Positions 10,966 to 21,849 of a stretch of 27,190 nt of DNA are shown piece after piece. Under the pieces are notes generated by a model. It ran no database searches and was not told the origin of the DNA. It saw only the letters and a list, made by a program, of their open reading frames with translations. Origin of the DNA: Ginkgo biloba (taxonomy: Eukaryota > Plantae > Ginkgophyta); contig JANKJI020000002.1 in NCBI GenBank assembly GCA_024626585.2, positions 12,841,123-12,868,312 on the forward strand, given 5' to 3'. The position numbers were made by a program, and so were the translations under genes. How positions within the stretch are numbered: position 1 is the first letter of the stretch; each line of letters starts with the position of its first letter.

Positions 10966-12354
10966 ACGTATCTATTTCCATGTAAGAACTAACCCTCCTT
11001 TTAAAAAATGAAAAAAATTAGAGAAAGGAAAAAGAGAATCTTTGGGTGTTGTTGGTACTAGCCATTCCATTTTGATGGAAATTGATGTTATGTGCATTTG
11101 TTTTAATATAAATGGAAGGTGCTCATTTTNNNNNNNNNNNNNNNNNNNNNNNNNNNNNNNNNNNNNNNNNNNNNNNNNNNNNNNNNNNNNNNNNNNNNNN
11201 NNNNNNNNNNNNNNNNNNNNNNNNNNNNNNNNNNNNNNNNNNNNNNNNNNNNNNNNNNNNNNNNNNNNNNNNNNNNNNNNNNNNNNNNNNNNNNNNNNNN
11301 NNNNNNNNNNNNNNNNNNNNNNNNNNNNNNNNNNNNNNNNNNNNNNNNNNNNNNNNNNNNNNNNNNNNNNNNNNNNNNNNNNNNNNNNNNNNNNNNNNNN
11401 NNNNNNNNNNNNNNNNNNNNNNNNNNNNNNNNNNNNNNNNNNNNNNNNNNNNNNNNNNNNNNNNNNNNNNNNNNNNNNNNNNNNNNNNNNNNNNNNNNNN
11501 NNNNNNNNNNNNNNNNNNNNNNNNNNNNNNNNNNNNNNNNNNNNNNNNNNNNNNNNNNNNNNNNNNNNNNNNNNNNNNNNNNNNNNNNNNNNNNTATCAT
11601 TTTGAAACTGTTGTAGTAGTAAATTTAGGAATACTGATCTTACTCTCAAAAATTCAGATATATTGACTGAACAAGATATTGAAAGACTATTGATGGCACT
11701 AGCAGTCTTTAATTTTTGCATTTGCAAGAGCTATGGAAACAGAGATTAACAATTTGAAGGACCTGAGAGATATGATCAGATTTGTTAAAACCACGATTGA
11801 ACCAACAAAAATGTCGGCGTCCACCTCAACACTAAAATAAATCCATTACCCAGATAACATGGAAGTAATCTGAATAAGGGTCGAATAAATGTATATAGTA
11901 GATATTTTGTTATGTTTTGAATTGTAATGATTTGGTGTAATGAGGAATATTCTAAATTTAGAAAGGAATATTTTGTTTTAGGAAATAGCAGGCATTTATG
12001 CCTATAAATATAATGCATTATATTATTCACAATAGATATGATAATGGATGAGAGTTGTATGATATGTGAACATAATTGAATGAAATAAATAAATGATTGA
12101 TTTCTCCTTAGTCTCTATATTTATATGATTTTTTATTGTGTTCTATTATTTAAGTAGATGAGATTACAAATAGTTAATGCATGCTAGTGTTTCTTAAGAT
12201 AGAAAGAATGTTGTTGTGTTGTATAATGGTTTCTATCTATGTTGTATATTAAATAGGCATAGATGAACTCTAACATTATCATAATTAATGTTGGAAACAT
12301 AATAATTTAAGTAAAAACTGGTGTTTAGAATTAAACACCAAGTGTTATATTTAT

Positions 12355-12815
12355 GCCATCATTTATGGAGCTCATCATGTCTTTCAAGTAAGGTGAGTAG
12401 ACCACATTCAATGATATGTCACATGCATAGATGCATCTTATAATACATCTATTAACTTCTATATTTTTTTTATGTCCATCATCTTCCCTAATTGTGCCAT
12501 TTCTTATTACGAGGTGCATGGTCAACATTTGGCATAGGTGGAGCCATTGAGCTAGAAGATCCCTTTGACAAAGGGTTAGCATATTATCTCTAAGAAGCCC
12601 TTTCAACAGTTTGTTTCTCTCTAATAAAACCCTCCTTCCTCACATGGTTCACTTTTGGACATACCTTCACCCCAATTTTGGTGATGTGTAACAGATGGTA
12701 TTTCACCCTATAGTAGGAACCACTATAGGCCTTTCCACATTCATTACACCAACATCTCTTGCACCCTCCTCCCTATTTCATTGATAAAATAGGCACATGC
12801 TCTAAAGAGGGACCT
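12355..12815 (-). mobile_element. hAT DNA transposase N-terminal remnant with BED zinc finger
   Basis: PSLEHV...GGGCKRCWCNECGKAYSGSYYRVKYHLLHITKIGVKVCPK (BED finger), then IIRCIYACDISLNVVYSPYLKDMMSSIND, matching the hAT motif ARxxYxxGIPFNVxxSPYFxxM. It is truncated before the DUF659/catalytic region. Confidence 0.85.
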
Positions 12816-13034
12816 TTCCATCTTCACCATCACCTTTTTCCTTTCCATATCCTCTTTGGATTACTCCAATAGAGGTGATGTGGGAGCATTAATAATAAAT
12901 GTGTAATTGGGGATTTAGTTAAGATNNNNNNNNNNNNNNNNNNNNNNNNNNNNNNNNNNNNNNNNNNNNNNNNNNNNNNNNNNNNNNNNNNNNNNNNNNN
13001 NNNNNNNNNNNNNNNNNNNNNNNNNACCATTTTG

Positions 13035-13545
13035 TATGATAGATGTTATTCTAGGAAATCAACCAATTATGGATTAGAATGAATTCAAGTGACTTTTTTA
13101 GAATGATTTTACACTCCTAGGTATATTAACTACTGGATGAAGTACTTGTATTGTCCATAGAAATGTTAGTCAATTTAGTAGCTTTCTATAGTTTGTTTTA
13201 GAGCTTATTTATTCAACTTCCTCTCCAAGATTCTTGAAAAATGTATGCATTAAAGTTTATCAATTTCCTCTCTTATTACTCTTAGCAAGAACTTAATTGT
13301 ATATATTGTATCATTGGATACAATGTTAATCTATTCTATAAAGATAAAATCTAAATTCATGAAAAATATTCCTATCAAATATTTATCCCTAGGTACTCCA
13401 CCACAACATATGAAGAATCCCAAGGAGGATTCTCATTCCTCTTCCACTCCATCTTCTTCTAGTGAAGGTAACATATCAACTAGACAACATTCCAAAAAAT
13501 ATTGTGAGAATCACAATGTGTATAATCATGAGAAGGATGAATAAG
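13035..13545 (+). mobile_element. Ty3/gypsy gag remnant, heavily decayed
   Basis: PIMD*NEFK*LF / FYTPRY...YWMKY...FRAFIIQL...ALKFINFL...QEL and terminal KYCENHNVYNHEKDE*, a degenerate CxxHxxxxHxxxxC knuckle. Several frameshifts must be assumed. Confidence 0.5.
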
Positions 13546-16500
13546 AAGTACAAACTTATAAATTAGGAGTACATACAAGATTCTTTTTGGAAATCCCAAA
13601 ACCATAAGCCTACTAAGATGATTACCTCCACTAGCTTTATATATTAAGATATGTTGTTTTGATTTTTAATTTTTTATTATTATTATAAGTGTGTTATAAA
13701 ATTAAACTATTAGTCATTAGATAGGAATACTCGCATTATAGATAAAACAACTATAAAAATAAATAAAGCTCAATCTTACACTCTATACCAAAGGCTAAGA
13801 TAGTTCATCTAAATTACTAAAACAAGACACATGTAAACCCTCCATATTAGAAACCCTTTGGGCATGGGGTATCATCCCAAGGATGATAAAAAAGAACCAT
13901 TCACAAATTCAATTAGAGGTAAACCTTTAGGTTGAAGTAAAACAAGTACACACCNNNNNNNNNNNNNNNAAATATTTAAAACCCCATAGGGAATAAGCCA
14001 CACACACACATAAATGATTTCATCATAAATAAATTAGAGAGAAGATCCCTCTCACAATCAATGTGTAATGTCATTAGAGTGGAATAATAACTCTAGGTCC
14101 TTAAAATAAATCCATGGGTTATCAAATACATAAGATCATGAATTAAATTATAGAATAAACAAAAAAATTCAACTCAATGAAGGTCACCATGGATCTTGCA
14201 TGCGATTTGTAACCTAATTATGACATTTATCCTTAGTTTAAAACACATATATAACATAAGAATGTTTGGCCTATGTTTGTTGGGTAGAAGGCTTATAATT
14301 GTAGCATCCAATATATGATTAATATGGTGGTCTACTTTATAATAGTATCCCAAGTATCCCAAATGCACTCCATGATCTAAATTAAATAAGTGCATAATTG
14401 TCTCTCAAAGAGTTGAAGTGTTTCAAGTGCCGAGTCTTAATTGAATAAATTCATAAAATGGGACTTACACTTGTTCACTAAAACACATAACCTCAAGCCT
14501 ATGTTATTTGCCAAGGTTTTCCACCATGTTATCATCCTAAGTCATTTCCCTTCAAGCCTTCCATGGTATACTGCAACCTTAAGGTGTTCTCTATGAGAAC
14601 GTAAAAATGAGATAAAACTTCTATAATGATGCATCCCTTCACACAACCTAATATGGTGACCCCTACCTTATCTATGAACCTGTCAAATCACCTATAGTAA
14701 TATCCTAACTAATATTCTATGCACTCATGGGGATTTTAAATTCAAATATTTATCAAAATACACTCAATATTCCAATAAATAACATATACAAACCATTCAC
14801 AAGACCTTGGAAAAATACAAATCTCTCTTAATTCCAAAGTACAATAATACAATCTCAGGAATACAAAGTGTGCAGGAAAATACCATTCAAATATCGTTTT
14901 TATGAGAATATTCNNNNNNNNNNNNNNNNNNNNNNNNNNNNNNNNNNNNNNNNNNNNNNNNNNNNNNNNNNNNNNNNNNNNNNNNNNNNNNNNNNNNNNN
15001 NNNNNNNNNNNNNCTTTTTTGAATTTTTTACATTCTCATTAGGCAGTCAAATTTAATGTTCTTTACATCAAAATTGATTAGCAAAATTTGAGCTTCTCAA
15101 ATATGACAAAATTTATAGGAAGTTCCAATGTTTCTAATAATTTGGCCAATAGTGTATTGTTCCTCACATATGTCAAGAATTAAAGTTAATTTTAATTCGC
15201 CTATCATTGGGTGTCTATTAAAGTGTCTCCAACTTTTAAGCGATATAATAACACTCAGGGGTCTAATGTTGTAATGGCCCATGTAAACAACAAAGCTGTA
15301 TCCATCATTTTGTGAACAAGTTGTGAACACTCATGATTTCCACTATTATAGTCACTTGTTTAAAAATAACTCAAAAGCATACATTTTGGAAGCTATTATA
15401 GAGTCACTAGGTAGTCATATTGAAAATTATTTACATGGAATTTTATTAGTAGAATTTGATCTACACAAATATGAATAAATTTATAGGAAATTTTAATGTT
15501 TACAGTTGGAAAATTAGTTGTTTATGATCTACCTCTAAATATAATCTTAAAATAATAGCCAAATTTATTTGCAATGCTACTAGAGCTTCCAAAATCCAAA
15601 TGAGGTCAATTTCCTTTTTTATTTTGACTATGTTGGACTGGAAAAAAAAATGTGTGCATACAAATTTCTAAAACAACCCCCCAAATTTTGTGAAAATACC
15701 TTTCTTTTTGTAGCACACTTGTAGAGACTTGAAAATTTTGCTACGAAAAATGTTCTTTCTTCCTAGACCAATTATAAGGTTATATGATGGACAATTTTTG
15801 GGTAGGAAAATAATGAATTTATTATTGTAAATGTCATAATACATTTGTACCTCTAAAACAAACTCAAACTTTAACTGGACATACACTGAGGTTGTTGGGG
15901 ATATACAAAACCCAAAGCTACTTAATTTATTTTTGGATTTTTATTCCTTGATTTCTACTTTTAATATTTAAAAAGAAAATTTTCCTAAAAAATATTCCAA
16001 ATCTCTTGTTGAAACTATTTCTTTCCTCAAAATCCTTCCAAAAGTGACTAAAGGAGATGAAATACATATTAATTTCATTTTCATTTTCTAAGAGCTTCAA
16101 TNNNNNNNNNNNNNNNNNNNNNNNNNNNNNNNNNNNNNNNNNNNNNNNNNNNNNNNNNNNNNNNNNNNNNNNNNNNNNNNNNNNNNNNNNNNNNNNNNNN
16201 NNNNNNNNNNNNNNNNNNNNNNNNNNNNNNNNNNNNNNNNNNNNNNNNNNNNNNNNNNNNNNNNNNNNNNNNNNNNNNNNNNNNNNNNNNNNNNNNNNNN
16301 NNNNNNNNNNNNNNNNNNNNNNNNNNNNNNNNNNNNNNNNNNAAGGTACTCACTTGAGTCCAAAATCTACCAAAGAAACTCTTACAACTAAGAAATGAGA
16401 GACATCGCTACAAAATTCTAGTCATAATTATGGTTATAAATGAGACTTAAGTGTCCTTATATACCCAAAATGGACCTTTGTATATTAACCCACTAGCTAG

Positions 16501-16600
16501 ATTTAGTTAGACCTTAGCACACATTTCTAGAGTTTTATTTTGGTTAACCTTAGTAGCATGGACCTATATAACTATCGTGATTCTTGACAATTAAGTACAT

Positions 16601-17335
16601 GGGACATAACTTGCCATATCCTTTTAATATGCTTCATCCTAAATGCATGGATAACCATTGTTCAATCTACTTTTATACTTGTAGGACCATACCTTAGGAT
16701 AAGTGTGTCTCTTTTTAGGTAGAATGTACCCAAGAAGAGACTCCTAGATCTATCAAAGGAGAGACTTCTAGATCCCAAGAGATGATCCTAGAGATGTAGG
16801 AGTATATTAGACAAGGGTGACTCATTCTTTGAGGGAAATCCATATTAAGAGAGGATGGCCTAAGTGAAATAGACCAAAGGAGAGACTCATAGAACCCAAG
16901 AAATGGTTGTCTAAATGTAGAAGAATATTGGACAATGGTGACCCATGCTTGAAGGTAAAAATATATTAATAAGAGATGGCATTGTTATGTCCCACAACAT
17001 ACGTATTTCATTTGAAAGGCTTATGATAATTATATAGGGATATGTGTTGACCAATCTATGTAAACTTCTAAACACAAATTATGATTACAAATGAGGCTTA
17101 ATTGCTTATATTCAAAATGGAACTCCTTAATCTAACCCTTATAATACCTTTTCTTAAGACACATTTATAAAGTGTTATTGGCGTTACCTTAGTGGTATGG
17201 GTTGTTGCTTGTTTCTATATAACTATTATCATTCCATCCCCTCTCAGTTTTCTTTTCCCTCAAAGAATGGGTCACCATTATCTAATATACTTCTACACTT
17301 GTAGGAAAATGTGTTGGGTTTTAAGATTCTTTCCT
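16601..17335. repeat. Four copies of a ~120-bp repeat in -,+,+,- arrangement
   Basis: The core GAGAGACT..AGA.CCCAAG...TGTAG.AG.ATATT.GACAA.GGTGAC.CAT...GAGGG...ATATTAA...GATGGC occurs at 16754-16860 (+), 16875-16993 (+), 16601-16721 (-) and 17234-17335 (-). Confidence 0.8.
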
Positions 17336-17675
17336 TAGTTTCACTCTGTGACTATAACTTAGTTTATAATAGTAGAAAAAATCATCTAGTATGTGATTCA
17401 TTTCCATTTATTGACATAATGACAATTTTAGGATACACATAAGTTAGGGACTTGTAATATGAGGAAGACATAGACCACCATGAAAAATCTAAATTACTAG
17501 GAAACGAAAGTGGGTACAGTAAATGACACATTTCAAAATTTTATGATATAAGGGAGAAATAAATTATAGGGTTATNNNNNNNNNNNNNNNNNNNNNNNNN
17601 NNNNNNNNNNNNNNNNNNNNNNNNNNNNNNNNNNNNNNNNNNNNNNNNNNNNNNNNNNNNNNNNNNNNNNNNNNN

Positions 17676-18035
17676 GCTAAAGGGATGTCCCCTCTTACTC
17701 CGTCCACTTATCTATAGGACATGCCCATTCTCCAGAAGTATTTCCACATCCTCCCTTGTAACCCTTGGAATATCAACCTAATTAATGTGAGTGTATGACC
17801 TTTCCCACCAATCGTTATGTGTGTTGGCCAAGGCCTAAGCATCCTTGGCGTATAGGAACGAGGGAGTATAGTCCCAGAGGGGAAAGGGACCCATGAATTT
17901 CTCAAATAGCAGGGGATCAAACAAGCTACCTCTCCTAAAAAAGGAGTCTAGGAAACCAAAATCATAGTCTAGAGGTTCCCTCCATATTTGTAGCTTAGCG
18001 TCTTGGACTTTTCTAAAAATTAGCACAATTTCCAT
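17676..18035 (-). pseudogene. Small heat shock protein (HSP20/alpha-crystallin) pseudogene, class VI (HSP21.7)-like N-terminal motif; 3' part lost in gap
   Basis: One frame from the ATG at 18035: MEIVLIFRKVQDAKLQIWREPLDYDFGFLDSFFRRGSLFDPLLFEKFMGPFPLWDYTPSFLYAKDA*ALANTHNDWWERSYTHIN*VDIPRVTREDVEILLENGHVL*ISGRSKRGHPFS. ANTxxDW-E...D-P...DVEI-LENG-VL-ISG is the first half of the plant alpha-crystallin domain. GSLFxPxLFxKF...FPLWD resembles the class VI motif. TAG stops are at 17835-37, 17778-80 and 17712-14. Confidence 0.88.
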
Positions 18036-19449
18036 ATCCAAGCTCCTATAGCATTAAATTACAAGTAGAAAGTCTGAGATTGTCGAGACTAGGATTTAGA
18101 TTTCTTATTCTTACAGGTATTCAATGAGTAAAGCGTGACTAAAACCCAATTTCTAGTGGCCTTTACTGGTAGAGACTAGTTCATCACCAAGTGTAGAATA
18201 CTACTCATACAATAATACCCAACATAAGATCATTTACAATGTCATATAATAATTACAAATATTCAAAACTTCCAATATAGTTTTCCTGTCCCACACTATA
18301 AATTCTAGAACTAAATAGATTTGTATGTAGGTTTCTACTACCCACAACAGGATTTCCTCTCATAGCTCCACATAGATACAGATCTCACACCATTGCATTT
18401 GCCACATGCAATTATCNNNNNNNNNNNNNNNNNNNNNNNNNNNNNNNNNNNNNNNNNNNNNNNNNNNNNNNNNNNNNNNNNNNNNNNNNNNNNNNNNNNN
18501 NNNNNNNNNNNNNNNNNNNNNNNATCCCTTAGTTCCAGATCAAGCAATACATAACAGTGCCCATGACCTAACAATGGGCATATACAGACATGCTTCGCAT
18601 AACCCAAAATCAAGATTCCCGAACTAAAAAACTTCAAAAAAAACTTTACTCACAACAGAGAACCTTATAGAACCATCCCAAAGCATTGATACCAGTTGTA
18701 GAAATATCAGAGTGCACAGCATACAAAATTAGTCCCAAGATCTTTAAATGAACATAGCATAGACCTGCTACACATTCAACATGTACACACATATAAAATA
18801 AACCCAAGAACTGCATGTATGCAACTATAGAAAAACAAACCAACACACAACACTCAAAATTGGGAGGAGGGGTTGGTGTGCAAAGTTTCACCATCTTCCA
18901 CTTTTNNNNNNNNNNNNNNNNNNNNNNNNNNNNNNNNNNNNNNNNNNNNNNNNNNNNNNNNNNNNNNNNNNNNNNNNNNNNNNNNNNNNNNNNNNNNNNN
19001 NNNNNNNNNNNNNNNNNNNNNNNNCCAATAATAGTGAAAATTTGTTGTCCCAATTGTTGCAACAACTTCGTTCCTATCCATTACTTTGCTATGAAAATGA
19101 ATCTTTGAGGGGGATCAACTAGCTACCATTCAACCATCATACAGTTGTTGACGGATCGATCAGTTGGAAGTGCCTTGTCCACTTACAGGGATGCTCTAGC
19201 CCATGCCAAATGTGGTAGTTGTCACTATGGGTAGTTGGGTCAACCGTTTATTTTATACACTGCCCACCTAGTACTCTAGACTCTAACCTTATAGGTTTAT
19301 TGATTTGATGCCTTGGTTCTATAGTGGGCTCTTTTTTTTTTATGGTTGCCCAATGTCCGAAATTTGATCATACATTGAATATGCCTACAAAATTGGTGAA
19401 TAGTATTTTGCTCGATGAATGCAATGAACCATAAATCTTCATCTTGCAA

Positions 19450-20092
19450 CCATGTGTATAATTTAACTTTGGAATCATTGACAATTCTTAGTTATAAGGT
19501 GCCATCAAAAGTTTGTAGATGGATAGCTCCATTACATTGTATTTGATTGATCTAAAAGGGGCCTAGCCAATAAATTTTCAATTTCTTGAGTTCCACCATA
19601 CCTTGCTATCGTAATTTAGTACCCATGCTCCAGGTTTTGTGTCTTTACATCTCAACTGTTTATCATACCAAACCTTCTATAGATGTTAGATAATGTAGAT
19701 TTTTTACATCATTCTTAAAAATCTCTAAATAAGTTATGCATTTTCTTTGCATTTGTAGTTAGAAGAATTTTCTATATTTCACCTTGCTCATATCAGTTTT
19801 TGGTATTAAAACTTAGGTAAAAAATTTCAAGCCTTGTGGGTTTTACCCACTTTAGTCAAATTATCTGTTTATCTGTTCCAAATTCATAATTTTCCCCTAT
19901 TTAAATGCTTCAAATCTTATATTTCAAAGTGATCTCCAACTCAAATCAAATTTATTAATATCTTGCAGATCAGAGAGATGTGTGGATGACTGGCAAGGTT
20001 GAATGAGCTTGTTAAATACACTAGCCAGTGGTAATTTTTAGTCGTACCAAAATATTTGTGGGTTTCATGATGCAAGCTTCTCACGATGTCGA
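19450..20092 (-). mobile_element. Second Ty3/gypsy integrase remnant, internally deleted
   Basis: The C-terminal module is clear: KVWYDKQLRCKDTKPGAWVLNYDSK / KKLKIYWLGPF*I...NGAIHLQTFDG...VNDSKVKLY (19450-19735). Weaker upstream traces are DIVRSLHHE...YHW (zinc-binding), FEAFK*G and TDNLTK/WV (core). Confidence 0.75.
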
Positions 20093-20289
20093 NNNNNNNN
20101 NNNNNNNNNNNNNNNNNNNNNNNNNNNNNNNNNNNNNNNNNNNNNNNNNNNNNNNNNNNNNNNNNNNNNNNNNNNNNNNNNNNNNNNNNNNNTGATAGAG
20201 ACAGAAATTGGTATTGATATTCTAGTTAATACAAAGTTTTCTTCTCATTCAATTGCTCTTCAATAAAACTCATAGAGTTTTAATGTTAG

Positions 20290-20740
20290 ACTAAACACAT
20301 GTACACACACAAGTGTATCAGTGATTTTGATTAGGTAGTAATAATTATAAGAAGAAAATATAGGTTTATCTAATGGCACATATAACCCACATGAAATCAT
20401 CATTGTACAACACAAGGCCACTCAATGTAAAACCCTTATAAGCATTCATTACTATAAGATAGAGGAAGGTCACTAATATGATAACCTTAGGACTTGCACC
20501 AAGTGTTTTCTTTAGGTTTGGAAAATATTGAGGTGTATATTGTACCTTATAAACCCCATGTGGCACTAAACACACACACATACCAAAAAGAAAAAAGGTA
20601 TAGTAGTGATCTTAACTTGAAAGCAACAATCTATGAATCACAAATAAGATTATCCAATAGGACAAACAACTCATATAAAATCCGCACAACACCACATAAG
20701 ACCACTCAATTCTCAACACTTCCCATCATTTGTTAGTTGG
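20290..20740 (-). mobile_element. Trace of gypsy RT C-terminus / RNase H N-terminus
   Basis: Fragments occur in the expected order across frameshifts: KC*E, LLDNLIC, KITTI, HMGF, FQT*RKHLVQ, VMNAYKGFTLSGLVL and LDKPIF. Confidence 0.4.
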
Positions 20741-21019
20741 TCTATGTTTTCCTTTACTAGACTATTATCTATGTGTCCCTTACGTTGAAGGGACATCATC
20801 CATTATGAAATCAACCTCAATCTAACCTTGTATGTTGGGTTTGTATGCATCATAAGTGTTTCCTCCCCGATCATATATATACTTCAAATAATAACTATCT
20901 GTGTCTTTAAAATATATTATCGTACTTGATGTACCATCTTCTTTTTTAAAAAATATTGGTCCATATATGTCCATTAACAATTTTACTAATATACATCCTT
21001 ATCATAACCTAGAAATATA

Positions 21020-21360
21020 GCTCCATCAATCCTATATGTCCTTTAATTAGTGCATTCATTCATGACCAAGAAATATGGGGTATGATTGTCATTTTGCATT
21101 TACCTTTAACATGGAAAAATATCCTAGGATAATTACTCCAACTACCATGATTATTATATTCTCTATTTCCTCAATGTTTATACGTAAGACTAATTAGCCA
21201 TTATGAATGTATATTATAAAGATGTCATTACTAGGCTTATAATTAATCTATACATATTTTTTAGCTTAACATTAACTACTAAACCTTTATCGATGATGGC
21301 CCTTTCAATGGTATGACCAAGTAATTGCATGGTTACAGTGGGATCCTCATCCAAATTTGG
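21020..21360 (-). mobile_element. Gypsy aspartic protease remnant
   Basis: DEDPTVTMQLLGHTIE / AIIDKGLVVNV (catalytic D-x-G-x-x-VN motif) ... YTFIMAN*S ... YPIFLGHE*MH*LKDI*D* (LLGRPWL-like motif). Confidence 0.65.
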
Positions 21361-21849
21361 ATAGAATAGTCATATCGATGTTACATTATTGGTTATCACC
21401 ATATTTGTTATGTTTTTACATCTAGTCTAGCATTAGTAAGGGTATCTATTATGAGTGTTGGCATCTTTGTTATAGTTACTATCATTCCCAGTGTTGCTAC
21501 ACCTATGCAATTTTATGCTTATTCTTGATACAATCAATTTCTTCCCAATAATTTTTTTCTCACATTCATTTTTCTTCATCTCATTTAGACTTAGCCTCAT
21601 GGGATGTTTCTTCTAGGACCTCCTTACTAGCAATAATATAATATGTTTCGTTCTTGGGATTTGAAAAAATTACTAATGTCAGTTTCATTTTCTTGACCTT
21701 CTTCCCTAACCACAAATAGACATTTAAATCATATGTTTTCTTCTCATCCTTATATCTCTTTCTAGCATGACTCCTTTTTATTTTCATGGCTATCTTCTAT
21801 AGGGGTGGTCTCCCAAGACATAATTCTTATAAATTAATGATTTATTACT

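Noticed and set aside
10972-11727. Long ORFs in the track here and at 16057-16398, 18338-19108, 21954-22365 and 24546-24870
   Set aside because: Their length comes from N runs translated as X. They are artefacts.
14480-14660. Possible gag trace on minus strand (LEGK*LRMITWW) and LTR-like end GGGACTTACA nearby
   Set aside because: Too short and degenerate to support a call.
17712-17837. Stop-codon readthrough, recoding or U-to-C RNA editing rescuing the three sHSP TAGs
   Set aside because: U-to-C editing is known from organelles of hornworts, lycophytes and ferns, not nuclear genes. The same stop pattern occurs in neighbouring dead TEs, so mutation is the simpler explanation.
18303-18310. 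Heat shock element TTCtaGAA upstream of the sHSP
   Set aside because: It has only two nGAAn units, which is common by chance in AT-rich DNA, and it may lie inside the putative intron.
19969-19997. 29-nt microexon candidate on + strand (TTGCAG|...AAG|GT)
   Set aside because: The segment lies among integrase traces on the minus strand, and the peptide matches nothing I recognise.
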